Of a stretch of 41,051 nt of DNA, positions 26,474-35,853 are shown piece after piece. Location: positions 1 through 41,051 of IMG/VR virus record IMGVR_UViG_3300032303_002889; one strand, written 5' to 3'. The DNA is from a virus. Lineage: Duplodnaviria; Caudoviricetes. Under the pieces are notes generated by a model. That model did no database searches, was not told where the DNA came from, and was given only the letters and a program-made list of their open reading frames with translations. The translations under genes were made by a program, and so were the position numbers. Every line of letters starts with the position of its first letter. The stretch's first letter is position 1.

Positions 26474-27856
26474 TTATAAATCTTTAGCTGGTTTTGTAGA
26501 AGATGATGGTGGAACTGAAGATGTTGTTAGTGGAAGTGGTTCTGCTTCTTTTAGTTTATAATCTGCTATAGCTTTTAAAGTATCATCACTTTGTGTTTTT
26601 GTAGAATCAACCCAACTTTTAAATGGATCGGTATATGATCTTATATTAGTAATAAGCTCTCCAAACCCGGCCGCAGGAATAGGTTTTGGATCTAGGAAAA
26701 AATCCAAAATAATAGTAGGAACTGGAACTGGTAATGAAAACAAATATTCCACTATTGCTTTTTCTATATCTTGAATTCCTTGTTCAACCGCTTTTTGAGC
26801 TTCTTGCATAAAAATTCCAGCTAATTTTGGCATAATAGCAGGATTTTGCCATGCTTGAATTATGTCAGCTAAAATTTGAAACTTAGGAATAACCTCTTTT
26901 GCTATTTCAACAATATCATTTATTGTTGCAGAAATATCTACTACTCGTATTATTACGAAAAGAAACAGATCTAATTTTCCAAGAGCATCAATTGAATTTA
27001 GAATTATAGGATCTTTGGAGTTTTGTTGACGTGCTAATTTATTAATAGCTATAACTATTTTTCTGATAGCAAGAGCAAAATATTTAATAACATCAAGCAT
27101 TTCTCTATCTGTAAACGTTCTTGGTTTGTATTCTGATCCTAACTTTAATAGTGTTCCAATAGGAATTGTGGATATGTCTAATCCTAAGAATTCTGTAGGA
27201 TATTTAAAATTAAGTATATCTTCTAATAGCCGATTAAACTTATTTGCTAATTCAGTTAAATACGCAATGTATTCTTCTATTTCTTTTTGTAAATTTTTAA
27301 GATTTGCTATGTAAAAAGTATAATATACTTTTTCTTTAAAATCTTCTGCTTGATTTCCATTTTTAGTATAAGAAATTGTAAAAGTATTATCAGTAACACT
27401 TTTTATATAGACCACTTGCACAACTTTAAGTTCAATTATTTCACCCGTTATAGGATTAGTAGTAGACGCACCTGTTTCTTTTGTAACAAAAAACATCATT
27501 CCCGTGGTTAATCCATGTCTATAAAGGTTAAAGACACCAATAGAATGTAAAGCAGTAATGTTATCATAATCTTTTTCTTTACCAGAGTAAAACTCTGATA
27601 GAGTTATTTCATCATTTAAATATTTTTCAAATCTAGTTCTAAGCTTCTTTTTCATGTATTCTAAGTTGTTTTCATGATCTCTAGGAGTAAAAGTAGTAAG
27701 AGATGCTTCTAATTCTCTTCTAGCACGTTCAAAGTCTTCTTCAGATCCAGAGTTGTCAATTGGAATAAGATTTGCTCTAGTAGATTCTTCATCTTTAATA
27801 AAAGATCCAACTTCAGTAGAAAATTCATCTAAAAATAAATCAAATATTGTTGGCAT
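26474..27856 (-). CDS. Hypothetical protein in tail operon with amphipathic helical C-terminal half
   Basis: 460-aa ORF coupled to the upstream spike-like gene. Confidence 0.7.
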   Translation of the reverse strand: MPTIFDLFLDEFSTEVGSFIKDEESTRANLIPIDNSGSEEDFERARRELEASLTTFTPRDHENNLEYMKKKLRTRFEKYLNDEITLSEFYSGKEKDYDNITALHSIGVFNLYRHGLTTGMMFFVTKETGASTTNPITGEIIELKVVQVVYIKSVTDNTFTISYTKNGNQAEDFKEKVYYTFYIANLKNLQKEIEEYIAYLTELANKFNRLLEDILNFKYPTEFLGLDISTIPIGTLLKLGSEYKPRTFTDREMLDVIKYFALAIRKIVIAINKLARQQNSKDPIILNSIDALGKLDLFLFVIIRVVDISATINDIVEIAKEVIPKFQILADIIQAWQNPAIMPKLAGIFMQEAQKAVEQGIQDIEKAIVEYLFSLPVPVPTIILDFFLDPKPIPAAGFGELITNIRSYTDPFKSWVDSTKTQSDDTLKAIADYKLKEAEPLPLTTSSVPPSSSTKPAKDL

Positions 27857-28536
27857 TAAATTACCACCGAGTCACTAGATTTTGCTATACTTCCATCACT
27901 TAAAGATATAAAAGCATCTTTACTTTTTGAAGCTAAAACATACATTTTTTTTGTACCAGTTCCCAAAGAAACATTACCATTTAAACGAATGTCTTTTGCA
28001 GTAATATTAATTTCAGAAGATCCACTAGAAGTGTTTTTTCCTAAAGATATTAACCCATCAGAATATGACATAATAATACCAACTGGACCAACAACAAACA
28101 TAGCTCCGTTTGAATGATAGGTTATTTTTATTCCGGTTTTTGTACTTACTGCTTCCATGATGTTATTATCTACATATGTAAAATGTAAATCACTAAAGTT
28201 AGGCAATCCTACTTCAATTCCTGAGAGTGTGTTTTGTAAAATTTTAGTAAAAGAATCTTTTACATTAGAATAGTTTACGTAAGAATCTATAGCATCAGAG
28301 AAAACATTTGATGGGCCAATAACATATCCTATGTCAAAAGTGTCATTACAAAGACACCAGACGGTTGATCCTGTTTGAAAATTAAATAGTTTATTTGCAA
28401 AAAAAGAAGGATATTTTGGAAGTACTTTAGCATCAGTTATGCCATCCATAAGAGTAAGAATTCTTACTGTTGTTCTAGGATCTGTTATTGATGGATTTTG
28501 AACAACTGTAGCTCTATATATTTCATAATATGACAT
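27856..28536 (-). CDS. Baseplate spike-like protein (gp5/gpV OB-fold N-terminus)
   Basis: YRATVV.N....D.R..VRI, G..VW....D.....YVIG, beta-repeat C-terminus; follows the hub gene. Confidence 0.6.
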   Translation of the reverse strand: MSYYEIYRATVVQNPSITDPRTTVRILTLMDGITDAKVLPKYPSFFANKLFNFQTGSTVWCLCNDTFDIGYVIGPSNVFSDAIDSYVNYSNVKDSFTKILQNTLSGIEVGLPNFSDLHFTYVDNNIMEAVSTKTGIKITYHSNGAMFVVGPVGIIMSYSDGLISLGKNTSSGSSEINITAKDIRLNGNVSLGTGTKKMYVLASKSKDAFISLSDGSIAKSSDSVVI

Positions 28537-28579
28537 AAAGAAAAGATTCCTTTTTCTAATTAGTCAATATAGAATTTTT

Positions 28580-29809
28580 CTATACAGAGCGAGCTTGTGC
28601 TGATGAAGCCGTAGTAGATCCGGGAGTAGCAGTTTGAACAGTCCAATCTACAATTGGGGTTGCAATCTTAACCAAGATAAGCGAGCTTCTGGATTGAAGA
28701 CTTTCAATTTTATGTTCACAACGTTTTATAATATATTTTCCAGAATAAGAACTAGAGTTCTCAACATTAAGACTGGAGGGAATAACTAGTTCTACCATAT
28801 CTCCAGTTTTAACTTTTCCTACTGCATCTCTTAAAGAAACTTCTACAACAAAGTTATGTAATTGATCTTTTTGATATTGTAATGACATTGCTTTTTGTTC
28901 TAGTACGCCATCAGCTGGAGCAGAATATTGACTTGTAAACTTAACATTATTTGTGATTAATTCATTTAAGAATACTTCACTTCCACTTGGCACCAATGAT
29001 GTCATATACAACGAAGAAACACTATTATTAGAAATGTCAATTTGGTTATATAGAATTTTTTGAGTATTCCACGAATCTAGATTTTCATAAAGTCTTATGT
29101 TAAATGCATCCATTATTATTGGTGAATACTGATTAGATCCAGTAACCATTGGAGAAACAAGAGAGAATGTAGGTATTTCTGTTAGTCTTTTATTTAATGA
29201 TGTAAAATGAAATCCATTAAGCTCATCTACATAGCAAAGAGAAGCAGATCCCTCTATAGAAGCTTTCATGGAAATTTTCTTTATAAAAGAAAGAGGCCTT
29301 TCATTTAAAAGATATCTTCTTGACATAGAGTCATCTGAATCTTGTATTTCTGTTGAATCTGAATTAAACTTCCAATTTATAAGATTTAATTCTTGTCGTA
29401 TTATATCTGAAGTAGAAGACTTATATCCGCGATTAGCTGGTATTTGTGAATAAAATGCTGGAGATATTAGTTTATAAATATAATATCCACCACCATTATC
29501 ATATGTCTTTTTATGTTCATCATCTTGATGAATACTATGAATACACATTTCTGTTGAAATTTTTTTAGGAGTGCTGGTATTTTCGGTGCTAAATGTAAAA
29601 ACAATTTTTATAAAATCACCTATTCTTAAAGCAGCCGAGTCTATAAAAGTTCCATTAACATCATTTAAAACAAGAGCTCCACCATTATATATGAAGTCAA
29701 TATCTCCAACAATTGATATTGCTTCATATGCTTGTGCTGGCAATTCTATTTCTTTTACAAAAATCTGTATGTCTACTAAAGTATTAGGTAATATCTTATC
29801 ATTGGCCAT
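28580..29809 (-). CDS. Baseplate hub protein (gp27/GpD-like)
   Basis: 409 aa; GD.I.I.F, F.F.SL, GD.V.L....YSGKYII....H.I pattern; gene order. Confidence 0.65.
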   Translation of the reverse strand: MANDKILPNTLVDIQIFVKEIELPAQAYEAISIVGDIDFIYNGGALVLNDVNGTFIDSAALRIGDFIKIVFTFSTENTSTPKKISTEMCIHSIHQDDEHKKTYDNGGGYYIYKLISPAFYSQIPANRGYKSSTSDIIRQELNLINWKFNSDSTEIQDSDDSMSRRYLLNERPLSFIKKISMKASIEGSASLCYVDELNGFHFTSLNKRLTEIPTFSLVSPMVTGSNQYSPIIMDAFNIRLYENLDSWNTQKILYNQIDISNNSVSSLYMTSLVPSGSEVFLNELITNNVKFTSQYSAPADGVLEQKAMSLQYQKDQLHNFVVEVSLRDAVGKVKTGDMVELVIPSSLNVENSSSYSGKYIIKRCEHKIESLQSRSSLILVKIATPIVDWTVQTATPGSTTASSAQARSV

Positions 29810-30146
29810 TATTTACTCTACCACTTTTCATTTTTCTTTTTGTTTCTAATACAAATTTGTTAATATCTTCTTGAGAAGGAATAAAAAAGTCATCTCCAGC
29901 TCGTAATTGCTCTTTATAAGGAATGTTATTAAGAGTAAGAAGAATATCATCCCATTGTGACACCCCATACATTTGATAAGTAAGAAGCCAAGGTCTATGT
30001 ATATACCTTTCTTGAAGAGTTTTCAAATATGGAGAAGATGTAAGAGTAAACTCTGTCCAATTTACTGATAGTGGATCAGGAAATGGATCTTTGTCTTCAG
30101 AGTCTAAAACTGCGCCTTTTTCCATGATATCATAACGTGATTGCAT
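29799..30146 (-). CDS. Baseplate wedge LysM-like protein (gp53/gpX-like)
   Basis: RP.LL.Y..YG....DDILL.LNNI.....L..G....IP. Confidence 0.7.
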   Translation of the reverse strand: MQSRYDIMEKGAVLDSEDKDPFPDPLSVNWTEFTLTSSPYLKTLQERYIHRPWLLTYQMYGVSQWDDILLTLNNIPYKEQLRAGDDFFIPSQEDINKFVLETKRKMKSGRVNNGQ

Positions 30147-30148
30147 AT

Positions 30149-31075
30149 TTAGTTTACCTCCTTAATAGAATCTGTTGTTCCTATGAGCATGGTTTCACAA
30201 TGTATACTGCATTTTCCAGAGATTGGCCAACCTTCACTATCCATCTCTTTTGAAAAAGAATATTGAAAAGATATTGGAAGAATACTATCAAATTGATAAA
30301 TTTTTCCTATTGTTATAGCAATAACATTTCCAGAAGTTAGGTTTTTTTCGGTAAGTGCGACTTGATTGTTTGTTTCATCAATAGAAGCTTTTAATACCTT
30401 CCAAGCTTTGTCACGGTTTTCCCTAAGAACTTGTTGTTGAGCAATACCAGCCCAGTCAAAAACACTTCCCGGCCGGACTGCGGTTCTTGCTGCCTCAGTA
30501 AGAGCCTTAGCTACATCTACTCCAAAACTTTCAAGGTCTTTTATGGCCGGGTCAATTCCTCTTAAAACTGTCTTTGCTTGATTGCTAAGTAAATCAGCAT
30601 AAGACGGGCCAGGTGCAGTAAGAAAACCATTTGAATGAGGCAAAAATATATATCCAAGAGCTCTTATAGGATTGTACACTTCTGTTTTTCCACTGTAAGC
30701 GCCGGTCATTCCCATATAAAAATTAAATTGTAGATCAAATGATACCTGTGAAGATCCTTTCCAAGCTTTAGCTCCAGAAAGTGTAGTAATATTTTTAACA
30801 TTAGTAGCAAGAGAAGCCAAGTCCACAACACCTTGAAGTCCATTAACAACACTTCCTAACAATGAACCTTTTGCTGCAGCCATTATTTCTGCTAATGGAT
30901 CTTCATAGTCTTGATGTATATCAAAAGAAAAATCCTGCTCTAAGTATAATTCAAGATTCTTAGCAATATCAATTTTATTACTTTTTGCTAAATCTTTCCA
31001 ATCTTGGCTTTTCAAAGTTATATTAACAACTTTATTGCTATTTGCTACGTATGCTTCACTGTTTAAATCGCTCAT
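30149..31075 (-). CDS. Tail-tube-fold baseplate protein (tube initiator-like), paralog A
   Basis: Shares NLEL.L, YEDP.AEI, AKAWK.SSQ.SF.L.FNFYMGM and FSK..DS.G.PISG.C.I.CET with its neighbour; located between the TMP-like and LysM genes. Confidence 0.6.
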   Translation of the reverse strand: MSDLNSEAYVANSNKVVNITLKSQDWKDLAKSNKIDIAKNLELYLEQDFSFDIHQDYEDPLAEIMAAAKGSLLGSVVNGLQGVVDLASLATNVKNITTLSGAKAWKGSSQVSFDLQFNFYMGMTGAYSGKTEVYNPIRALGYIFLPHSNGFLTAPGPSYADLLSNQAKTVLRGIDPAIKDLESFGVDVAKALTEAARTAVRPGSVFDWAGIAQQQVLRENRDKAWKVLKASIDETNNQVALTEKNLTSGNVIAITIGKIYQFDSILPISFQYSFSKEMDSEGWPISGKCSIHCETMLIGTTDSIKEVN

Positions 31076-31524
31076 TATATGCTTCCAGCGTGACCAAGAT
31101 AAAGAGTTTCACATGCTATAGTACAACTTCCTGAAATAGGAAATCCATCTGAATCCAGATCTTTTGAAAAAGAATATGTAAAATCCATAGGAAGAATTTT
31201 ACTGAAATTTATTACGTTATTTTTTCCTACTGTTAATCTAATTCTTCCACCACCAGTTGCGTCTTCTGATGGTAATGTGCCCTTAACTGCGTTTCCAATA
31301 CCGTTAACAATACTATCAAATTGTTTAGCTGCATCATCACCAAAAAAATTTATTGCCCAACCATCAACAGTCTTTTGCAATGCATCATATACCACTTTTC
31401 CTTGATCACTTATCATAGAAGAATACGAAGGACCAGGCCCAAGAATTTGTATACCACTGGTTACTCTTGGTAAAAATATATATCCAAGAGCTCTTATAGG
31501 ATTGTACACTTCTGTTTTTCCACT
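30642..31524. repeat. 53-bp identical direct repeat (30642-30694 and 31472-31524)
   Basis: AAAAATATATATCCAAGAGCTCTTATAGGATTGTACACTTCTGTTTTTCCACT in both paralogs, 830 nt apart. Confidence 0.92.
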
Positions 31525-32220
31525 ATATTCTCCAGCCATTCCCATATAAAAATTAAATCTTAAACTAAAAGATAATTGAGAAGAGGTTTTCCAAGCCTTG
31601 GCTGCTGTAAATTTTGTCATTATTCTTGTATTCGTAAAAAGAGAAGAGAAATTAGCTAGTCCAAGAAATCCTTGAACCATAGACCCAACTTTTGTTTTTT
31701 TAGCAGCATTTAATATTTCAGCAATTGGATCTTCATAAGTGTTGTTTATAGTAAAGCTAATGTCATCTTCTAATATAAGTTCCAAGTTTTTTGCTATCAT
31801 ATTTGGCCCTAATTGATCTTTCCAACTTATGTCTTTACCGTCTGAGCTTCTAGAAATTTGTACTAGTCTATATGTATTAATTCCAAGATCGGCTAATCTA
31901 ACAGCCTCTGCTGCTGCTGCTGCCGCCTCTGCTGATGCTTGAGAAGCTGCAGCGCCTCCATAAGCTGCAGTTGAGCGATTTGTATTAGCATTGTTAGCAG
32001 CTTGAAGATCTGCTTGCCGCTGGGTTTCTGCTTTTTGTGTAGCTTCACGTGATTTATCTGCTAATTTTTGTGAATTATTTATATCATTATTTGCCATTTC
32101 AGCAGAAAAAGATGCTTTTGCCGCCCTGGTTATGGCATCTGCCCTCTCAGCTGCTGCAGCAGCTTTAATTCTTTGTGTATTATCATCATATCTATTTGCA
32201 GAAGCTAAAGGCTGGGCCAT
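31075..32220 (-). CDS. Tail-tube-fold baseplate protein, paralog B with Ala-rich N-terminal extension
   Basis: As paralog A, plus about 110 aa of Ala-rich helix. Confidence 0.6.
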   Translation of the reverse strand: MAQPLASANRYDDNTQRIKAAAAAERADAITRAAKASFSAEMANNDINNSQKLADKSREATQKAETQRQADLQAANNANTNRSTAAYGGAAASQASAEAAAAAAEAVRLADLGINTYRLVQISRSSDGKDISWKDQLGPNMIAKNLELILEDDISFTINNTYEDPIAEILNAAKKTKVGSMVQGFLGLANFSSLFTNTRIMTKFTAAKAWKTSSQLSFSLRFNFYMGMAGEYSGKTEVYNPIRALGYIFLPRVTSGIQILGPGPSYSSMISDQGKVVYDALQKTVDGWAINFFGDDAAKQFDSIVNGIGNAVKGTLPSEDATGGGRIRLTVGKNNVINFSKILPMDFTYSFSKDLDSDGFPISGSCTIACETLYLGHAGSI

Positions 32221-32221
32221 G

Positions 32222-34522
32222 TTACATAGACCCCATCAATAAGTTTTTTCCACCAAGAATATCCATTTTAGGCGTAATAGTTTTCTTATTGTTGCTATAT
32301 TTAAGCTCTTTAAGTATGGATTGCAATAATTCCACCATGGTATCATTAGAGAACACGCTACCAGATGCGCTTTCTTGTTTAGATTCTGATTTTGTATTTT
32401 TTACAATTTCAATTGTATTAGGATCTTGAAAGAAAAGAATTTTATCTCTTGGATCTTTATAATGTATTGTTCCATTACTTTCAATATAAGCATCTTCAAC
32501 TTTCTTTCCTTCTTTAGGTTTTCCAGCAGGTTCTCCAAAAACAGCATTATACATTCCAGAATCATATAAAACATCAGCTAAGTTATCTCCAAGTACATTT
32601 CCAAGAACGCCTAATGCAAGACCAGCAGCTAGTGTTAGTGGGGTTGGCACTCCCAGTGAAGGAGCTGTACCAGCTAGGGCTCCAAGAGCCCCGAATCCAA
32701 TACCGCCAATATTTCTAAGCAAATATTTAAAATTTGATCTTTCTGCAAACTTATTTTTTTCATAATCAGTAACCTTATCACTGGCGTTTATTGTGTTTAT
32801 ATCTGATGCTGTAAATGCAGCATCAACTCCTGCGCCAATAATTGGTAAACCTTTAACTAAATATCTGCCTGCTGTACCTACTGCTCCTTTTAATCCTTTT
32901 AAAAATGAAGGATTTTCAGCAATAGGAGGTGTGGAACTATCAGGACCCGGTAATGTACCTGGGCGAGTAGACATTGGAGAAGGAACAAATCCTTTTACGT
33001 GGGGTTTATACCATCGTTGAGCTTTTAGATTGTATTTTAAACCTCTTGTATCTTCAGGTTTAGGAGCGTATCTTCCTTGATTTCTAAATTCGCCTGTTTT
33101 TTGATAAAATTTAGGACCATTAGGCGCTCTAACACTTGGGTTTGATGGTTTGGGGGCAGGAGGGGCAGGAGGAACCAAACTTGGCGCTGTAGGCATACCA
33201 GGTTTAGGTGTAAATTTATTTTTTAGACCATCCATAAAAGTCTTAAGTGCAGCTGCGATGCCACCTCCTGCAAATAGTGAAATAATCGAATCTAGTCCTC
33301 CACCGCCTCCACCGCCTGAAGGACCACCAGCATCTCCAGACCCATTTTTATATAAACCACCTTTGGCGCCAAGATCTGTTATTCCAAAAGCATTTGTTAA
33401 AAACAAAGTTTGTTCACCAGGAAGAGCAGTAGGTAGTAAAATATCATTCTTGGTGGGTTTTAATTTTCCTTTAGTAGTTTTTTTAGATGAGTTTTTATTA
33501 GGACTTCCATCTCTATTAGCACCGGGTCCAAACGAGGCTGCTTCACCAGATCTGCCTAATGATATAGATTTTTCATAACTGCCTGTATTTTGATATATAC
33601 TGTTGTCTTTAAAAACACGTGCATCACTTTCATCCATCACTGGATTTCTGTCATATGCATCTTGTTCATCATACGCGCCTAATTGAGCACGTAAAGCATT
33701 ATACTCTGAGGATCCAGGTTTTGCTCTTCTAAATCTTTCTTGTGCTCTTGTTTTATTTTCTTGAAATTTAAGTTTTTGTGCAAAAGAATTCCTATTCTCT
33801 GTAAGCATTTCTTCTTTATCGGCTGAACGATTTTTAAATCCGCCAAAAAGCTTTCCAACATACCCAAACTTATCTTCAATAGCAGATACTACATCTTGAT
33901 TGGCTTTTTGATAACCTATGTCTTTATCTATTGCCTCTAATACTTTTCTATTAGTCAATCTAACTTTTCTAGTTTCTATTAATTCTCTATCCAATTCCTT
34001 CATCTGCTTCATATATATGTTTTTTGCAAAACTTACGTTTCCAAGCAGAATCATTTGAAATTTTTGCATTCCTTTTAAATCATTATCAAATCTATTTTTT
34101 TGATGAAGAGAATATGCGGCGTCTGCTGCAATTCTATTTTTTCTTTGATCATCAAAAAATTTTGTTTGAGCTTCAAGAGATCCAATTAAAGAATGAATTG
34201 AGTCTATTTCAGAAGAAAGTCTACGAGTTAATCTAAAGTTTTCTGCAGAAATAGCCGCTCTTTCTTGTACTTCTTTTGTTCCAAAGCTAATAGCGTCTTT
34301 ATACGCCATTCCAGCTTTTCCTCTAGCGCCCGCTTGTCCAAACAGCCCGGTTAAAGATTGAGTACCACCAGAGCTTCCAACAGTTCCAGTATTATTGCCA
34401 CCAGCTCCACTCATAGTGGATATTGTGTGGTTTAAATCCTGTATGACATCAATAAGTTCTTGTTGAGTAGCAGTAAGAAGTCCTGGTCCATTTGGAGGAG
34501 ACAGTCTAGACGGATCACTCAT
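32222..34522 (-). CDS. Tape-measure/baseplate hub-like protein
   Basis: 766 aa: helical N-terminal half, Gly/Pro linkers, Gly-zipper hydrophobic segments; downstream of the chaperone-like gene. Confidence 0.6.
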   Translation of the reverse strand: MSDPSRLSPPNGPGLLTATQQELIDVIQDLNHTISTMSGAGGNNTGTVGSSGGTQSLTGLFGQAGARGKAGMAYKDAISFGTKEVQERAAISAENFRLTRRLSSEIDSIHSLIGSLEAQTKFFDDQRKNRIAADAAYSLHQKNRFDNDLKGMQKFQMILLGNVSFAKNIYMKQMKELDRELIETRKVRLTNRKVLEAIDKDIGYQKANQDVVSAIEDKFGYVGKLFGGFKNRSADKEEMLTENRNSFAQKLKFQENKTRAQERFRRAKPGSSEYNALRAQLGAYDEQDAYDRNPVMDESDARVFKDNSIYQNTGSYEKSISLGRSGEAASFGPGANRDGSPNKNSSKKTTKGKLKPTKNDILLPTALPGEQTLFLTNAFGITDLGAKGGLYKNGSGDAGGPSGGGGGGGLDSIISLFAGGGIAAALKTFMDGLKNKFTPKPGMPTAPSLVPPAPPAPKPSNPSVRAPNGPKFYQKTGEFRNQGRYAPKPEDTRGLKYNLKAQRWYKPHVKGFVPSPMSTRPGTLPGPDSSTPPIAENPSFLKGLKGAVGTAGRYLVKGLPIIGAGVDAAFTASDINTINASDKVTDYEKNKFAERSNFKYLLRNIGGIGFGALGALAGTAPSLGVPTPLTLAAGLALGVLGNVLGDNLADVLYDSGMYNAVFGEPAGKPKEGKKVEDAYIESNGTIHYKDPRDKILFFQDPNTIEIVKNTKSESKQESASGSVFSNDTMVELLQSILKELKYSNNKKTITPKMDILGGKNLLMGSM

Positions 34523-34598
34523 AGATTTTTAGATCTCCTAACAAATAATATCTCCTTTAATTAGTTATTAAAGAAGATTCACAAAACATTATAATCAC

Positions 34599-34802
34599 TT
34601 AACCACGCTGATTTCTTCTTTTCTTGGCTTCTTCATTTTGTGCATTAATAAGATCTACATATTCTTTATGTAAAAATTTAAATGTTCCCCAATCTAAATT
34701 AAGAAGATCTATTACAGAGTTATGAGTATTAAGTGTTAGTGACGATATCATACTCATCAGATTCGAATGAGCCAATGGCTTGAAGTATATCCACGAGTCG
34801 AA
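34599..34802 (-). CDS. Alternate-frame ORF (67 aa), probable frameshift extension of the upstream chaperone
   Basis: The +1 frame is open from TTC at 34802: FDSWIYFKPLAHSNLMSMISS...NEEAKKRRNQRG*; it fills the gap before the TMP-like gene. Confidence 0.6.
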   Translation of the reverse strand, partial: FDSWIYFKPLAHSNLMSMISSLTLNTHNSVIDLLNLDWGTFKFLHKEYVDLINAQNEEAKKRRNQRG

Positions 34803-35802
34803 AAGAGTACCCCCTGGTTACAGTCATTCTAGTAATAGGATTGTACATTTTTATTTCTTCACTATTTATACCAAATTTCAAACCAGCGTAATAATCTTCT
34901 ACTTTTTTTGAAAGAGTATAATCTACTCGTGGATCTTTTGATACATTAAGTTTTTCTTCAAAAGGAAGCTCTGAAAGATCTTTTCCATCAAATTCTAGAA
35001 AGTTAAGACAGCGAACAACATCTACGGCAACCACTGAGCGATTACTTTCAAATAAGGAATACTCTTTCAGATCCATTTCAGAAACATATGGCACATTAGC
35101 CAGATCTATTTCTTCTCCACTATAAGCTCGTCTTTCCAACTCATTTTTTATTTCTAAAGATCTTCTAATGGTAGCAAATTTTTTTGTGTCTTTTTCAAAA
35201 TATACTTTAAGAAATTTTCTTAGAAATATAACATCCCCGTATTTTGGATAGGTAAAAGTGGCAGAAAGACCGGTTTTCTTTGATGATAACTTAAGAATAG
35301 AATTAAACCTATCATCTAGGTCATGTGTTTCAATAGTGGTTAGATTTATTGTGGTTTTAGGAACCCAATTTCCTCTCATAAAGTCATCTCTCATTGTCAA
35401 ATAGCGCTCTTCTCCAACTTCATTTTTTAAGAATTCCCAATCTTCTTCCAGCGGTTCAAAGTCTATGTTTTCAAGAATTGGAGAAAAGTAAATCATGTAA
35501 AGACGCACAATAAGTTCGGTAACTTCTTTTTCATGCCAATTTCTTACTGAAACATTTTTTTCAAAAATCATATCATCTAACAAATTACACATGGTTTCAG
35601 GAAGATCATCTTGAGATGTAAGAGATATGCTTACTAAATCTGTAGTTCTAAAATTTCGTATATGAAATATTTTAGGAGCTCCAACTTTTCCTTTGGTTGA
35701 TAGCTCAATAGCCACATATCCTAATGGAACTTCACTCATGGTCTTTACTTCATGCTGTACTTCATTTAGCGCAGCTAACTGATCATCTGTCAATACTTTC
35801 AT
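34729..35802 (-). CDS. Baseplate/tail assembly chaperone (T4 gp26-like)
   Basis: I.L.T.GK......IR.F...D, F.YP...D pattern; immediately upstream of the TMP-like gene. Confidence 0.55.
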   Translation of the reverse strand: MKVLTDDQLAALNEVQHEVKTMSEVPLGYVAIELSTKGKVGAPKIFHIRNFRTTDLVSISLTSQDDLPETMCNLLDDMIFEKNVSVRNWHEKEVTELIVRLYMIYFSPILENIDFEPLEEDWEFLKNEVGEERYLTMRDDFMRGNWVPKTTINLTTIETHDLDDRFNSILKLSSKKTGLSATFTYPKYGDVIFLRKFLKVYFEKDTKKFATIRRSLEIKNELERRAYSGEEIDLANVPYVSEMDLKEYSLFESNRSVVAVDVVRCLNFLEFDGKDLSELPFEEKLNVSKDPRVDYTLSKKVEDYYAGLKFGINSEEIKMYNPITRMTVTRGYSFRLVDILQAIGSFESDEYDIVTNT

Positions 35803-35853
35803 TTTGTATCCTCTTGAGTAGATTAGTTGTTTTAGTACAAAGCTACAAAAAGA

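Noticed and set aside
32793-33578. Plus-strand Gly/Pro-rich ORFs
   Set aside because: Antisense of the low-complexity linkers in the TMP-like gene.
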